A DNA stretch of 64,000 nt from a virus. Of the stretch, positions 19,302-30,132 are shown piece after piece (positions within the stretch are counted from its first letter, which is position 1; every line of letters starts with the position of its first letter). Position numbers and translations under genes: made by a program. A model generated the notes under the pieces. The model ran no database searches. It worked only from the letters and a program-made list of their open reading frames with translations, and had not been told where the DNA came from. Where the stretch lies: IMG/VR virus record IMGVR_UViG_3300019889_000008, positions 1 through 64,000 of that record. One strand, 5' to 3'.

Positions 19302-22300
19302 ATGGCCAAGGCAATCCCGATCGTCCTTGGCGTGGCGGCAATCGCCCTCACTGGTGGCGCGGCTATCCCTGGGGTCGCGGTTGGCCTCGGCATGACCGCG
19401 GGGATGATGTCGGCGATTGGTGTCGGGCTTTCGATCGCCGGCACCCTGGCCGCGACGCTCCTGGCGGAGACGCCGCCCAAGCCGCAGATGCAGGAGGGCG
19501 ACGTCTCGATCCGGCAGGCGATCCCGCCTCGCGTCCGGCTCTACGGCCGGCAGCGGATCGGCGGGACGATGCTGTATTACGACAGCACCAACGACGGCGA
19601 TCTGCTCAACCTGATCTGCCACTGCGCCCACGAGGTCGCCGAGTACGAGGAGGATTGGCTCAACGACGATCGGGTGCAGATCGACGAAAACGGCAACGTC
19701 CTAGATGACCCGTGGTGGCAAGAGGGTTCGTTCGGGGAGGAGGGCAGCAGCACCGTCGTCATCGTCCACAACCTGGGCTCGCCCGACCAAACGATCGGCG
19801 ACCTACCAGATCCGCCGTGGACCGCGGAGCATCGCGGTCGCGGCCTCTGCGCCACGCGGGTCAAATATTCGGATCTGAAAGACGAAGACCAACTCAAGGT
19901 CTTCCCGAGTGGTCCGCCGCCTTATCGAGTGGTGCTGAAGGGCGCCAAGATCTTCGATCCGCGAGACGTTGGCCAGACCGCCGGGATCGAGGCAGGCTAC
20001 CAATGGTCGGACAACGCGGCGCTCGTGGTCCTGGACTATCTGACCCGAACCGAAAGCGGCATCCCGGTCGGGTTCGGCATCCCGTTCGACCGCATCGATC
20101 TCACCAGTTTCACGCTCGCCGCGGACGTGTCCGATCAACTGATCCCTATCAAGATCGAGGGCGAGGTCGTGGGTGTCGAGAAGCGGTGGCGCTCCTGGGG
20201 AGCCTACGAGCTGACCGAGGACCGCAAGGACGTCCTGAAAGATCTTCTCGACGCTTGCGCTGGCCGCCTGATCCAAGGCGGAGACGGCAGGATCGGATTG
20301 TCGGTCGGCTCCGGACGATATCGGGCCGAAGTGCTCGATGAATGGACTGTTCCAGATGGCATCCCCGTGTCGTCGGTGACCCTGGACGAAATGCAACTCT
20401 ACGGGTGGGACCTGACCGAGGGGCGCCCCGCGATCGAGCGGGTGAACGAGGTCCGCGCGACCTACGTGTCCGAGGCTTGGGAATGGGCCGAGACCGAGGC
20501 CGGCATCCAGACCGACGAGGACGGGATCGAGCGGAACGGCACCGAAAGCAGCCAGATCAAGCTTCGGTTCGTCCCGTCCGAGAGCCAGGCGCAGAGGGTG
20601 GCGCGGGAGGTTCTGCGCCGGGGCAATCCGACCTGGACTGGTACGGTCCGCACCACCCTCGCGGGCCTCGACGCCTGGGGTGAGCGCTGGATTACCCTTC
20701 AGATCAGCGAACTCGAAATCGACGGGATCTTTGAGATCACGGGAATCCGGCTCGATCGCGAGACCATGATGGTCGAGATCGGTGTCGCGTCCTATGACGC
20801 GTGGTGGGACTGGACCGCAGAGACCGACGAGAAGGCCCCGGCTGTGCCGCCGCCCCTGATGGACGACGACGCCGAGATCCCGGTCCCCGAAAACGTCGTC
20901 GTCACGATCGCGCATCGTGCGCTGAACAATGGCACCCTTGTGGCAGTCGGCATCATCGCGTGGGACCCGCCGCCGCGCTCGGTCTATGTCGGCAAGGCTC
21001 GGTATCGGCCGGTGTCTCCTGCGAATGGGCCATGGCAGCCGCTCCCGGTGGCGCAGGATAGCAACCAAGTCGAGACGTTCCCGCTGGAAGACGGCATCGC
21101 CTATGAGGCCCAAGTGCGCTTCATCGGATCGCGCGGTTCCGGCAGCGATTGGTCGACCCCGCCAGCGCTGTTCACCGCGATTGCCGATCCGGTAGCCCCG
21201 TCCGCTCCTGTACTCCTGTCCGCCACACCAGCGGGCGCCAACGTCAACCTGTCCGCGACTGCCGCGAACAGCTCGAACCAACGCCTCATTCGGTTCTGGC
21301 GCGATAGCGATGCCACCTTTGCGGGCGCTGTCGACATCAGTGGTGCGATCTGGACCGGCCCGAACGGCATCGCAACCTACACCGATACGCCGGGTCCTGG
21401 GGCTTGGCGATATTGGGCGACCGCTGGCAACTGGAGCGACGTCGACAGCGCACCAATTGGGCCGGAGGCGGTGACGATCACGCCAGCGGCCCCGGTCATC
21501 GTCTCGCCGGCCACGCCCTATCTGACCAGCGACAACACGCCCACTTACAGCGGCACCGGCCCAAACGGCACCACCGTGCATCTCTACGATGGCGCCACCG
21601 ATGTCGGATCCATCGCTGTCGTAGCCGGCGCCTGGAGCATCACCGCGTCGACGCTGGCCGATGGTACGCGCAATGTCACGGCCGAGGCGGTTGCGCCAGG
21701 CCCAATCACCAGCGTCGCCAGCAACGTCGTTGTGACCACGATCGACACGGTGGTGTCGCCGCCGGTCATCACCACGTCGTCGCCGCTGTCGACCACCGAC
21801 ACCACGCCGGACACCAGCGGCACGTCGGAGCCCAGCGCCTCGATCGCCATGTTCCGCGGCGGCTCGACTCCTGCGGGATCTGCCACCGCGGACGGCGCCG
21901 GGGTCTGGACGGCGACGCTCTCGCCGGCACTGGCGGTTGGCAGTTATAGCATCACCGCCAAGCAGACCGACCTGGCAGGGAATACCTCGGGTGCGTCCTC
22001 GGCGCTGATCCTGAACGTAAACCCGCTGGCGCCAGCGATCAGCACCAGCACCGCGACCATTGGCAACACCAACCCCGTCGTCGCCGGCACGTCCACCGCC
22101 TCGGCCAGCATCGGCGTCTATGTCGACGGCGTGCTCAACCAAACCGTGGCGGCCGATGGCTCGGGCGCCTGGACGGCGACCCTATCCGGCCTCACCGCCG
22201 GGGCGCGCAGCATCACGGCTCGGCAAACTGTCGCCGGCTTGACGTCGGCGGACTCGACGGCGATCACGTTGACCGTCGTCTGGTACGACCCAGATGCGAC

Positions 22301-23483
22301 GATTTCGATCGACTATCCGGGGCAGCGCTATCGGCTTAACGGTTCCGAGGTTGACGCCTCGGTGTCCGGCTGGGGTGGCCTGTTCACCACCCTGACCACG
22401 CCTGCCCAGATCGCCCTCGGGTTGGATGGGCAGATGCACTACTGGGCCGCGAACACCCTCCCGATCGTGACCGGTTCCTCGGGCTCGCTGATCCGGCAGC
22501 CCACTCGGACCAACAGGCAGACCAATTTCAACGTCGCCCCGGTCACCAGCGTGACGACCAACCTGACCATCAGCGGCGGAGCCGGCGGCACGCTCACGGC
22601 GGCATCGGATAGCTCTGCCCTGACCAGCGGGATCTTCGACGCCTCCATGGCGGCGATCATGACCACGGGCAACGCCTTCAAGATCGACAGCACCACGGCG
22701 GCCGGCGACGTGCTGGTGACGATCACCGGCACCTGCGGGATCACCACCAACTGCTCGTTCCAGATCTGCATGCGGGGCGATAACTGCTCAATCGAGACCA
22801 GCAACGCCAGCCCGGCCACGCTCGCGACAGTGATCGGCTCGGGCTCGGTCTATCAGCGGATCGCGGTCACATTCGTCCCCGCCGCGATCGGAGATCAGAT
22901 CGTCATTCGGGTGCCGACCGGGCTGGTCGTTTGGTTCATCCTCAACTCGCTCGAACAGGGGACCGGAGTCAGCGGCCCGATCGTAGTTGCGGGCGCGAGC
23001 GCGACCCGCGGCAGCCCCACGGTTCGCCGCACCCTTGGTGCCGAGTGGAACGCCACCGAGGGTTATGTGACTTCGAAGGTGCAGCAGATCGCGAACGCCG
23101 CGAACGCCGGCTACATCGCCGAAGTTCGGGCCGCCGACGCGTCTAATCTGCAACGCCTGAAGGCCGCTTCCGCCAGCTCGTTCAGCGGCACCACGATAGT
23201 TGCGGCAGTCGCCCAAGCCGCCCCGACCATCACCGCGACGGCGGGGGCGACGCACACGATCTGCTATGGCTGGAAGGCCAATGACTATGCCGCCGCCATC
23301 GACGGCGGCGCGGCGTCCATCGATACCAGCGGCTCGGTCCCGACCGGCTCGCCAGCGGTGCTTGAGGCGATGCGGCCCGACGCCTTCGAATTCTTTGGCC
23401 ATCACATGCGGCTGAACCTCGGCGTCACGAAGCCCGCGAACGTGACCATCCAGGCCAAGAGCGGCTGGACGACCCTGACCTAA
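19302..23483 (+). CDS. central tail tip/host-specificity protein with FN3 and Ig-like repeats and C-terminal beta-sandwich
   Basis: YGRQRIGG, KGAKIFDPR, WSDNAAL; three TP..SGT..GAW...L..G..ITA Ig-like repeats about 21480-22280. Confidence 0.88.
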   Translation: MAKAIPIVLGVAAIALTGGAAIPGVAVGLGMTAGMMSAIGVGLSIAGTLAATLLAETPPKPQMQEGDVSIRQAIPPRVRLYGRQRIGGTMLYYDSTNDGDLLNLICHCAHEVAEYEEDWLNDDRVQIDENGNVLDDPWWQEGSFGEEGSSTVVIVHNLGSPDQTIGDLPDPPWTAEHRGRGLCATRVKYSDLKDEDQLKVFPSGPPPYRVVLKGAKIFDPRDVGQTAGIEAGYQWSDNAALVVLDYLTRTESGIPVGFGIPFDRIDLTSFTLAADVSDQLIPIKIEGEVVGVEKRWRSWGAYELTEDRKDVLKDLLDACAGRLIQGGDGRIGLSVGSGRYRAEVLDEWTVPDGIPVSSVTLDEMQLYGWDLTEGRPAIERVNEVRATYVSEAWEWAETEAGIQTDEDGIERNGTESSQIKLRFVPSESQAQRVAREVLRRGNPTWTGTVRTTLAGLDAWGERWITLQISELEIDGIFEITGIRLDRETMMVEIGVASYDAWWDWTAETDEKAPAVPPPLMDDDAEIPVPENVVVTIAHRALNNGTLVAVGIIAWDPPPRSVYVGKARYRPVSPANGPWQPLPVAQDSNQVETFPLEDGIAYEAQVRFIGSRGSGSDWSTPPALFTAIADPVAPSAPVLLSATPAGANVNLSATAANSSNQRLIRFWRDSDATFAGAVDISGAIWTGPNGIATYTDTPGPGAWRYWATAGNWSDVDSAPIGPEAVTITPAAPVIVSPATPYLTSDNTPTYSGTGPNGTTVHLYDGATDVGSIAVVAGAWSITASTLADGTRNVTAEAVAPGPITSVASNVVVTTIDTVVSPPVITTSSPLSTTDTTPDTSGTSEPSASIAMFRGGSTPAGSATADGAGVWTATLSPALAVGSYSITAKQTDLAGNTSGASSALILNVNPLAPAISTSTATIGNTNPVVAGTSTASASIGVYVDGVLNQTVAADGSGAWTATLSGLTAGARSITARQTVAGLTSADSTAITLTVVWYDPDATISIDYPGQRYRLNGSEVDASVSGWGGLFTTLTTPAQIALGLDGQMHYWAANTLPIVTGSSGSLIRQPTRTNRQTNFNVAPVTSVTTNLTISGGAGGTLTAASDSSALTSGIFDASMAAIMTTGNAFKIDSTTAAGDVLVTITGTCGITTNCSFQICMRGDNCSIETSNASPATLATVIGSGSVYQRIAVTFVPAAIGDQIVIRVPTGLVVWFILNSLEQGTGVSGPIVVAGASATRGSPTVRRTLGAEWNATEGYVTSKVQQIANAANAGYIAEVRAADASNLQRLKAASASSFSGTTIVAAVAQAAPTITATAGATHTICYGWKANDYAAAIDGGAASIDTSGSVPTGSPAVLEAMRPDAFEFFGHHMRLNLGVTKPANVTIQAKSGWTTLT

Positions 23484-23544
23484 CGCGCTCGGCGCCGCCC
23501 TGCGTCTTCCGAAATCACGCCAATCCCCACGGAGATGCCCGATT

Positions 23545-25611
23545 ATGGCAATCCCGACTGCTGACCAGATCTGGAAGGATTTCGATCCGGAAGGAAATCC
23601 GCACGAGCCGATCAAGGAGGAGATCCGGCGCTACCTGAATTTCGTGTTCGCGCTCGCCACTGCGGCCGGGATGAAGACGTATCCCACCAAGGCGGCGATG
23701 GATGCGGATACGACCCAACCGGATGGCATGCCGGCTCTGCTCTATGCCGACCCGGTTGCCGCGAACAACTTCCCGACCGTCTGGGTCTGGAATGACGCAT
23801 CAAACATCTGGATCGCAGGTGTCGATCGGATTGCCGAAGTCAAGGCCACGGCGGACGACGCCAGCGCAAAGGTCAACCCGCTCGCCGCGGCAATGACGAT
23901 CGTTCCGACGAACATCGTCAACTTTGTCGCCGGGTTGAACCTCGGCGAGGTCATGCAGCGGCTGATCGCGTCCCCGGTCTACAGTTACTTCGTCAGCAAT
24001 CAGATCGATGGAGTCTTCCACGGCGCGCGGCTCGACGGCGATTACGAGTTCATGGGGCTCAAGTTCCGGGTGGTCCGGTCGCCCTATCCGATCTTCGTCA
24101 CCAACGAGCAAGGCGAGCCGGTCTGGATGCTGGGGGACGATGGCTTCCCGCTCGGCGGCCTCACGCCGGACCAGGAGGCCGAAGTCCAGACGATGATCGA
24201 CGCCTCTGGCGGTGGCGCCTCGGATGCGACGTTGACTCCGGTCTACCTGGACGCGGGCAAGCTCTACGAGGTCGATGCGGACGGCCCGAGCCTCGTGCTC
24301 GACCCGGCGCCGTATGCCTTCAGCCGCAGCGCGGTCAGGGACGCCGATCGGACGGTCACGGTCACGAACCGGCCCTTCATCTCCGCCACCGAGACGGCTG
24401 TCGCGGTCGATCAGGGGCTCGGCCTGGCGGTGCCGGCCTCCCCGAAGATCCTCAACATCTGCCCCGGCACCGGGCAGAGCCTCTTGGTCGGCTTCCAGGG
24501 CAACCCGCTCACGCTGGGCCTGACCAATCCCTATCCCGAGAAGATCCTCAAAGGGCTCGGGCTCGATGTCCGGCTCGGGCTCGCCTCCGACGCCGGGACG
24601 AACCCGGTCTTCAATCCGGCGGTGCTGACCGACTTCGATCCGCTGATCTCGATGACCGGCACCGGCGGTTCCGCCTTCGGGGTGACCGTGTTCGAGGGCA
24701 TGGGCCCCGGCATGCTGGCGCCGCTCGACGAGGCGATCGGCCTCACGCCGCGCCACCTGTTCATGGCGATCGGCCGGGGCGGGCAGCCCTACTCGACGAT
24801 CAGGAAGGGCACGAACTGCTACGCCAACATCATCGCTGCGGCGACCAAAGCCTGCGCCCTGGCCGTGGCGAAGGGATGGGTGCCCTTTATCCCGTTCGTG
24901 ACGATCGTCCACGGCGAGGCCGATGGCGCCAGCCTGACGTATTACGACGATCTCATCGAGTGGCAGGACGACCTCAACACCGACCTGAAGGCCATCACCG
25001 GCCAAGCGGCCGACATCTTCTTCCTCATCAGTCAGCCCTCCGCCTTCAGCGCCGGCAATCACCTATCCGGCCTGGCCATGGTCAAGGCCATGGAGGACTT
25101 CCCGGATCTGTTCACGGTCGCCGCGCCGAACTACCAGTTCCGCACCCTCTACGATGCCGACCTAACCCATCTGACCGGGCCGGGCTACTACGCCCTCGGG
25201 CGCGACTACCTCGCCCGTGCCGCCCTCCAGCAGGCTTACGGCGGCGGGTGGCGTCCGCTCTGGCCGATCCGCGCGGACGCGACCTGGGATGGGACCACGC
25301 TCACCGTGCCGTTCAACGTCCCGGTCGGGCCGCTGGTGCTCGACACGGTCACGCTCCCCGATCCCGGCTCCTACGGATTCAAGGCCGTTGATGGCAGCGG
25401 CGATTTCCCGATCCTGACGGCGGCCCTCGCCGCCGGAAATACCGCGATGGCGTTCACCTTCACCCGCGCCAAGTCAGGCGCCGCCACGCTGCAATATGCC
25501 CTGACCGGTTACGGCATGCCGAAAGTGCTCGCCGATCAGCCGCGCGGGAACCTGCGCGACAGCGCACCCGGCGCCCCGAACTGGTCCCTCCATTTCGACC
25601 TCGCGTTCTAA
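23545..25611 (+). CDS. tail fibre/receptor-binding protein with SGNH (O-acetylesterase-like) domain
   Basis: GTGQSL (Ser), GRGG, HGEAD, DLTHL (DxxH). Confidence 0.75.
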   Translation: MAIPTADQIWKDFDPEGNPHEPIKEEIRRYLNFVFALATAAGMKTYPTKAAMDADTTQPDGMPALLYADPVAANNFPTVWVWNDASNIWIAGVDRIAEVKATADDASAKVNPLAAAMTIVPTNIVNFVAGLNLGEVMQRLIASPVYSYFVSNQIDGVFHGARLDGDYEFMGLKFRVVRSPYPIFVTNEQGEPVWMLGDDGFPLGGLTPDQEAEVQTMIDASGGGASDATLTPVYLDAGKLYEVDADGPSLVLDPAPYAFSRSAVRDADRTVTVTNRPFISATETAVAVDQGLGLAVPASPKILNICPGTGQSLLVGFQGNPLTLGLTNPYPEKILKGLGLDVRLGLASDAGTNPVFNPAVLTDFDPLISMTGTGGSAFGVTVFEGMGPGMLAPLDEAIGLTPRHLFMAIGRGGQPYSTIRKGTNCYANIIAAATKACALAVAKGWVPFIPFVTIVHGEADGASLTYYDDLIEWQDDLNTDLKAITGQAADIFFLISQPSAFSAGNHLSGLAMVKAMEDFPDLFTVAAPNYQFRTLYDADLTHLTGPGYYALGRDYLARAALQQAYGGGWRPLWPIRADATWDGTTLTVPFNVPVGPLVLDTVTLPDPGSYGFKAVDGSGDFPILTAALAAGNTAMAFTFTRAKSGAATLQYALTGYGMPKVLADQPRGNLRDSAPGAPNWSLHFDLAF

Positions 25612-25627
25612 TTAAGGAGCCCCAAGC

Positions 25628-26368
25628 ATGGCGCTGCATCCCCTTGCCTTGCAGATCATTGCCCCGCAGGCGACGCCCCGGCCCGGCCTGCCGTCGCCGT
25701 TCGGCACGAGCGCGCTGACCGGCTTCTCCGGTGCCCTGGCCGTGTTCGACATGCTCTCGGAAGGAGATCTCACTGGGAACGGCTACCGGCTGCTCGGCGA
25801 TTATGAGCTGACCAGTACGGGCCTGCTGCTGCCGGGCGGCGTCTCCGGTCTCAGCATCGGGCTCGTGCCGCCTTCGGGCAGTTACACGATGTGCATCGCG
25901 GCCAAGGCGGCGGCCGATGCTGCCGCGGACGGCTTCTTCGTCTCCTGCCTCGACACCGATGGCAATGTCGGAGCCGGCATCCGCTACGTGATCAGCACCA
26001 CGAATGTGCAGGGCCAAGTGTTGCAGGCCAGCGGCACCGCGCTCACGACCACGACCGCGGTGACCAGGGCACTCGACACGTGGTTTGCAGTGTGCTTCCG
26101 CACCAACTCGGCCCTCGCCCCGCCGAGCAACATCGGCTTCATGCTGTCGAATACCTCTGGCATCTCCGCCACCGCCACGGTCGGCGCCCTCAACACGCCG
26201 ACGAAGAACTTCCGGATCGGTGACGGCTGGACGGCCACCAAGGGCGTCAAGGGCACCCTCGGCATGCTCGCGATCTATGATGGATTGAAGAGCCAAGGCG
26301 ACATGGCGGCGATCATCGCCGCCATGCGCTCAGAGATGGCCACGAAACACGGCGTCACGATCCCTTAA
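25628..26368 (+). CDS. LamG/concanavalin-like virion protein
   Basis: Strong AAGGAG RBS; beta-rich with FRIG..GTLGMLAIYD pattern. Confidence 0.6.
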   Translation: MALHPLALQIIAPQATPRPGLPSPFGTSALTGFSGALAVFDMLSEGDLTGNGYRLLGDYELTSTGLLLPGGVSGLSIGLVPPSGSYTMCIAAKAAADAAADGFFVSCLDTDGNVGAGIRYVISTTNVQGQVLQASGTALTTTTAVTRALDTWFAVCFRTNSALAPPSNIGFMLSNTSGISATATVGALNTPTKNFRIGDGWTATKGVKGTLGMLAIYDGLKSQGDMAAIIAAMRSEMATKHGVTIP

Positions 26369-26668
26369 CCGGGGCGTGGCGCCCGGTCACACCGCCGGGC
26401 AAGAGCCCTCTACTGGCGCCGGGGCGAGGCTCAAGTAAGCGGCGAATTTCTGCTGCTCGCAATCTGTTCCGGTCGATAACCCCCATGCGGTTCCCACGAG
26501 TAGGGCAAGCGCAAAGGCGATGCCGGCGAGTAGAGGGTTCAACGTGATCTCCATCAATGCTTAATCGACTATTCGTGTGGCGCGCCACTAGGCGCGGGTC
26601 TGACAATATGGCCTCCCAAAAGACGAGTCCAGACCAGACCCAAGCGGAAACTCATAAGCGGGTCCAAA

Positions 26669-26977
26669 ATGTCCGACCATGAAGACGGGCCACGCTACTC
26701 TATGCGCCGCGCCAGCGACTTGCCCGAGATCCGTGATCTTGTTCGTGAGGTGCAGGAACTCAGCCGCCGGGTCACGATCATCGAGACCAAGCTGGACCTA
26801 TCGCTTCAGCGGGTGAATGAGGCGCTCGCCGATCTCCGGACCGACGTGGCCGGCTGCGCGACCAAGGAGCAACTCAAGCCCGCGGTCTGGCTCTTGGGGA
26901 TCATCGGGTCGACCGGTGTCGGCGCCTTCGTCCTGACCTTGTGGAATCTGGTGCTCAAGCGGGGCGGTGGCCCATGA
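26669..26977 (+). CDS. coiled-coil + C-terminal TM protein (lysis cassette)
   Basis: RRASD motif, coiled coil, single TM. Confidence 0.65.
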   Translation: MSDHEDGPRYSMRRASDLPEIRDLVREVQELSRRVTIIETKLDLSLQRVNEALADLRTDVAGCATKEQLKPAVWLLGIIGSTGVGAFVLTLWNLVLKRGGGP

Positions 26978-27516
26978 ATGGTCGCGTGTCGGTCCCCTGG
27001 TATCGGCAGCCCCTGTGGTGGCTGACGATCATCGTCGGGCTGCCCATGGCGGCTGCCATGTCCATGATGCTCTGGGCCCTGATCGACCGCGCCCCGCCCG
27101 CGGTCTACAGGGGGCTCAATGCCGGCGCCTACGACCCGGCGACCCGCATCCTGTCGCTGCAATGGATCGTCCATCGATACCGCTACTGCCCAGGGGTGTT
27201 GACCCGCTCGATCGAGGCGGATGTCGGCGGGACGATCAGTTTGCCGTCCGTCGTCATTGATCCGGACGCGATGACACCAGAGGTCCGCGCCGCGCGGATC
27301 GGAACGACCTACATCGGTGGGACCAATCTCATCGAGATCCCCCCCACTGTCGGCGGCACGATCAAACTGACGACAGTCCCCCGGTTTGCCTGCTCGCCGT
27401 TTCAGGTTTTTGCCCCGATCGAGGCGGCGGTGCCCTCGATCGTCTTCACGCTGCCGGACCCTGAGTCCTGGCCTGGCGGCGGCCTGCCTGTTCAGGTAGC
27501 GCCGATCCCGGAGTGA
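26974..27516 (+). CDS. membrane-anchored hypothetical protein
   Basis: N-terminal TM; ATGA overlap. Confidence 0.65.
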   Translation: MNGRVSVPWYRQPLWWLTIIVGLPMAAAMSMMLWALIDRAPPAVYRGLNAGAYDPATRILSLQWIVHRYRYCPGVLTRSIEADVGGTISLPSVVIDPDAMTPEVRAARIGTTYIGGTNLIEIPPTVGGTIKLTTVPRFACSPFQVFAPIEAAVPSIVFTLPDPESWPGGGLPVQVAPIPE

Positions 27517-27902
27517 TCATGGCGACCACACCGCGCGAGACATCGAGCCGAGCCTTCGACCGTGGGCGCGAGGCCGGGGAGATAGCTGGTCAGATCTCGG
27601 CGCGGCTGGAGGGCCACGATCGGCATTTCGAGGCCATCAATGGATCGATCGCGAAGGTGGCGGCCGAACTGCACGTCATCACTCTGACCATGCAGCGGCT
27701 CGCGGATCAGGCGGCGGCGCGGGATGCGACCACTGTCGCGACATCCCAGGCCCGACGAGATGCCGGCGAGGCCCAGCGATACACCGCGGCCGACAACTGG
27801 TCACGGTGGCAGAAGGTCTTCGCCGTCCTGGCCGCGATCGGCGTTGTGGTCGGCGCCGTGGCCGCCCTGTGGGTCTTCGGGACGCCGCGCCCCATCCCAT
27901 AG
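27513..27902 (+). CDS. coiled-coil + C-terminal TM protein
   Basis: HDRHFEAINGSI, C-terminal TM. Confidence 0.65.
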   Translation: MIMATTPRETSSRAFDRGREAGEIAGQISARLEGHDRHFEAINGSIAKVAAELHVITLTMQRLADQAAARDATTVATSQARRDAGEAQRYTAADNWSRWQKVFAVLAAIGVVVGAVAALWVFGTPRPIP

Positions 27903-27914
27903 ATCGAGGCTTAC

Positions 27915-28625
27915 ATGATCTCTGCCGAGATGCTGCGCGCCCTGTGCCCACAGGGCGCGGAGACCGTCATTGCCGGCCTGGCGCGATCGTTCGATCTGCT
28001 GTTGCCGGCCTTCACCCTCTCGACGCCGCTCCGCCAGGCGCACTTCGTGGCCCAGGCCGCGGTCGAGACAGCCTACTTCCGGACCCTGCGCGAGTACGGC
28101 ACCGGCCAGCGCTATGCCCCCTATATCGGCCGCGGGCCGGGCCAACTGACGTGGGAGGCCAACTACGTCGACATGGGCCGCCGCCTGGAACTGCCGCTCA
28201 AGGCGCAGCCCCAGCTGGTCGAGGAGCCCGCGCTCGGCACGCTGGTCTTCCTGATCTACTGGATGCACCACGGCCTCAACCGCTACGCCGACGAGGACGA
28301 TGGCCGGGCGATCTCGCGCGCCATCAACCGCGGTTCCGCGGCTTCCGACAAGCCGGCGAACGCAGAGAGCGAGCGCCTAGCGATGGCCGAGACGGCCAAG
28401 GCCCTGCTCGGCGCCAGCAAGCCAACGCGCACCATCAAGGCCCTCCAGGCGGCGCTCAATCGGCTCGGCGCGCAACCCAAGCTTTCGCTCGATGGTATCG
28501 CCGGCCCAGCGACCGAGGCCGCGGTGCTTTGGTTTCAGGCGGAGCGCGGCTTGGCGGTGGACGGCAACGCCGGGCCGGGGACCTGGGCTGCCATCGACGA
28601 CGCCCTCGCCGAACTCGACGCCTAG
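27915..28625 (+). CDS. endolysin, GH19 + peptidoglycan-binding domain
   Basis: RQAHFVAQAAVET, YIGRGPGQLTWEANY, INRG; LQAALN..DGIAGPAT..FQ..GLAVDG. Confidence 0.92.
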   Translation: MISAEMLRALCPQGAETVIAGLARSFDLLLPAFTLSTPLRQAHFVAQAAVETAYFRTLREYGTGQRYAPYIGRGPGQLTWEANYVDMGRRLELPLKAQPQLVEEPALGTLVFLIYWMHHGLNRYADEDDGRAISRAINRGSAASDKPANAESERLAMAETAKALLGASKPTRTIKALQAALNRLGAQPKLSLDGIAGPATEAAVLWFQAERGLAVDGNAGPGTWAAIDDALAELDA

Positions 28626-28640
28626 GAATGGAGCGCCTCA

Positions 28641-28826
28641 ATGGCCCCTCTCCCGATGCTTGCCAATCTCATAGCGGCGGTGATCGCCGTCGCGCTTTTG
28701 GTGTGGCTTATCAAGCAGATACCGATCGACCAATGGGTCAAGAGCGCTCTCTACGTGCTGCTCGTGGTTCTGCTGCTGCTGTGGCTGCTCTCGATCTTCC
28801 CGATCGTGCAACCCGTCATCCAGTGA
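28641..28826 (+). CDS. small two-TM membrane protein (holin candidate)
   Basis: Two hydrophobic helices after endolysin. Confidence 0.65.
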   Translation: MAPLPMLANLIAAVIAVALLVWLIKQIPIDQWVKSALYVLLVVLLLLWLLSIFPIVQPVIQ

Positions 28827-28834
28827 GGTGATCC

Positions 28835-29023
28835 ATGGACTTCGGCAAGATCTCGAAGGCAATAGCTGGCGCTCTCGCTGCCGGCTTGGGTGGCGCCGGT
28901 ACGACTGCGGTCGTGATCCCCGATGGCGTGGCGATGCCATGGTACGGCTACGTCATTGTCGGAGCGATCAACGCTGTGTTCGGTTTCGTGGTGGTCTACT
29001 TCGCACCGCGGAACACGGCTTGA
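28835..29023 (+). CDS. small two-TM holin-like protein
   Basis: SKAIAGALAA..VYFAPRN; GAGG RBS. Confidence 0.65.
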   Translation: MDFGKISKAIAGALAAGLGGAGTTAVVIPDGVAMPWYGYVIVGAINAVFGFVVVYFAPRNTA

Positions 29024-29024
29024 T

Positions 29025-29261
29025 CTAGCGTTGGATGGGCCGCCGTCTTCCGGATCGTAAGCCCCGTTCGAACTCTCCTAGAGCGGCTTTGCGCTCTGCC
29101 ACCAACTCCCTGAGCCTTGGGACGTTCGATTCGGGCACCTCGCCCAGGACTTTCCACTTGTAGATTGTCCGACGATTGACCCCCAGAGCCCGAGCGGCCG
29201 GAATTATCCAGTTGTCACCGAAAAGGAGCGCCCCAGCCTGCTCAAAGTAATCGAAATCCAT
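29025..29261 (-). CDS. HTH transcriptional regulator (Cro/XRE-like)
   Basis: LLFGDNW..AARALGVNRRTIYKW; GGAG RBS. Confidence 0.8.
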   Translation of the reverse strand: MDFDYFEQAGALLFGDNWIIPAARALGVNRRTIYKWKVLGEVPESNVPRLRELVAERKAALGEFERGLRSGRRRPIQR

Positions 29262-29285
29262 GTGCAACTCCGTTAGAGACGAATC

Positions 29286-29316
29286 GCCCCGGTCTTCTTG
29301 GCCGGGGCTTTTTTTT
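29286..29316 (+). terminator. rho-independent terminator ending late operon
   Basis: GCCCCGG/CCGGGGC hairpin followed by T8. Confidence 0.85.
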
Positions 29317-29381
29317 GCGCGCGTGATCCGGCGGATTCCCAGGTCTTTGGCGCGCTCATGTTTCCGGGATCGAAGTGACAT

Positions 29382-29563
29382 AAGGGGCACCACTATGAGA
29401 CCAAGGGGGCACACTCTCGCGCCCGGCACCTTAGCAAAGAATGTCGCAGGTTTGTACTAGCTTAATGAGCGGGCTTACCCCCCAAGGACTACTAGAGGGG
29501 CACATGGCCGTGCCCCTCCCGTGCTCGAATCTGAGCCCTGCCGCGATATGCCACAGGGCACAC
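29382..29563. promoter_or_regulatory. cluster of GGGCAC-N6-GTGCCC operator-like palindromes
   Basis: GAGGGGCAC-atggcc-GTGCCCCTC (29495-29518), GGGGCAC-actctc-GCGCCCG (29406-29425), half sites at 29384 and 29555, in an AT-richer divergent intergenic region. Confidence 0.7.
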
Positions 29564-30132
29564 TTTTAACAGAAAAACCGCCACATTTAGCAAATGATGG
29601 ACATATGGTGACTCTGGCTCGGAGTCCCTGGGAGTCTCGGCGAATCGATTACCACTATTCCATTGTAGCGAGTTGTTGAGCGTTTCGCCAAAATACTCGA
29701 CTGTATACTTTGTCTAACTCTGAATCTCGTCGAGTCAGTCACCCGTCACTGCCTGTCGTATTGTTGATTCCGCCTTTAGCTTCACTGCGGAGATCTTTAT
29801 TCTTTCCTTATGCGATCGTTCGGCGACTCGCTCGGAGGGGGTTGCAATGGTTCTCGACTCGGGATTAACTTCTCAGAGGGAGGCTCATTCGTGCAATTGA
29901 TCGACCTTTTTCTTGATAACGGCTCGCAGCCCGCGGAACACCGGGCAATAACGGGGCCAGTGCCCCGTGCCGTCTCCCCGCCTATTCTGTGGCTGTCGCA
30001 GGAGGAACCCTGATGGAACGAACGATTGGTCAGCCTTTGTCTAAAATTGTTCCGAATTCTAGTTTCACGATATCCAAACGTCATTTGAGATCCGTTGATT
30101 TCCGTCCCCTGTTGATGCAGGAGGGTCAACGA

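Noticed and set aside
26355-26606. 83-aa minus ORF in a lower-GC gap
   Set aside because: No motif, RBS or codon-style support; left unannotated
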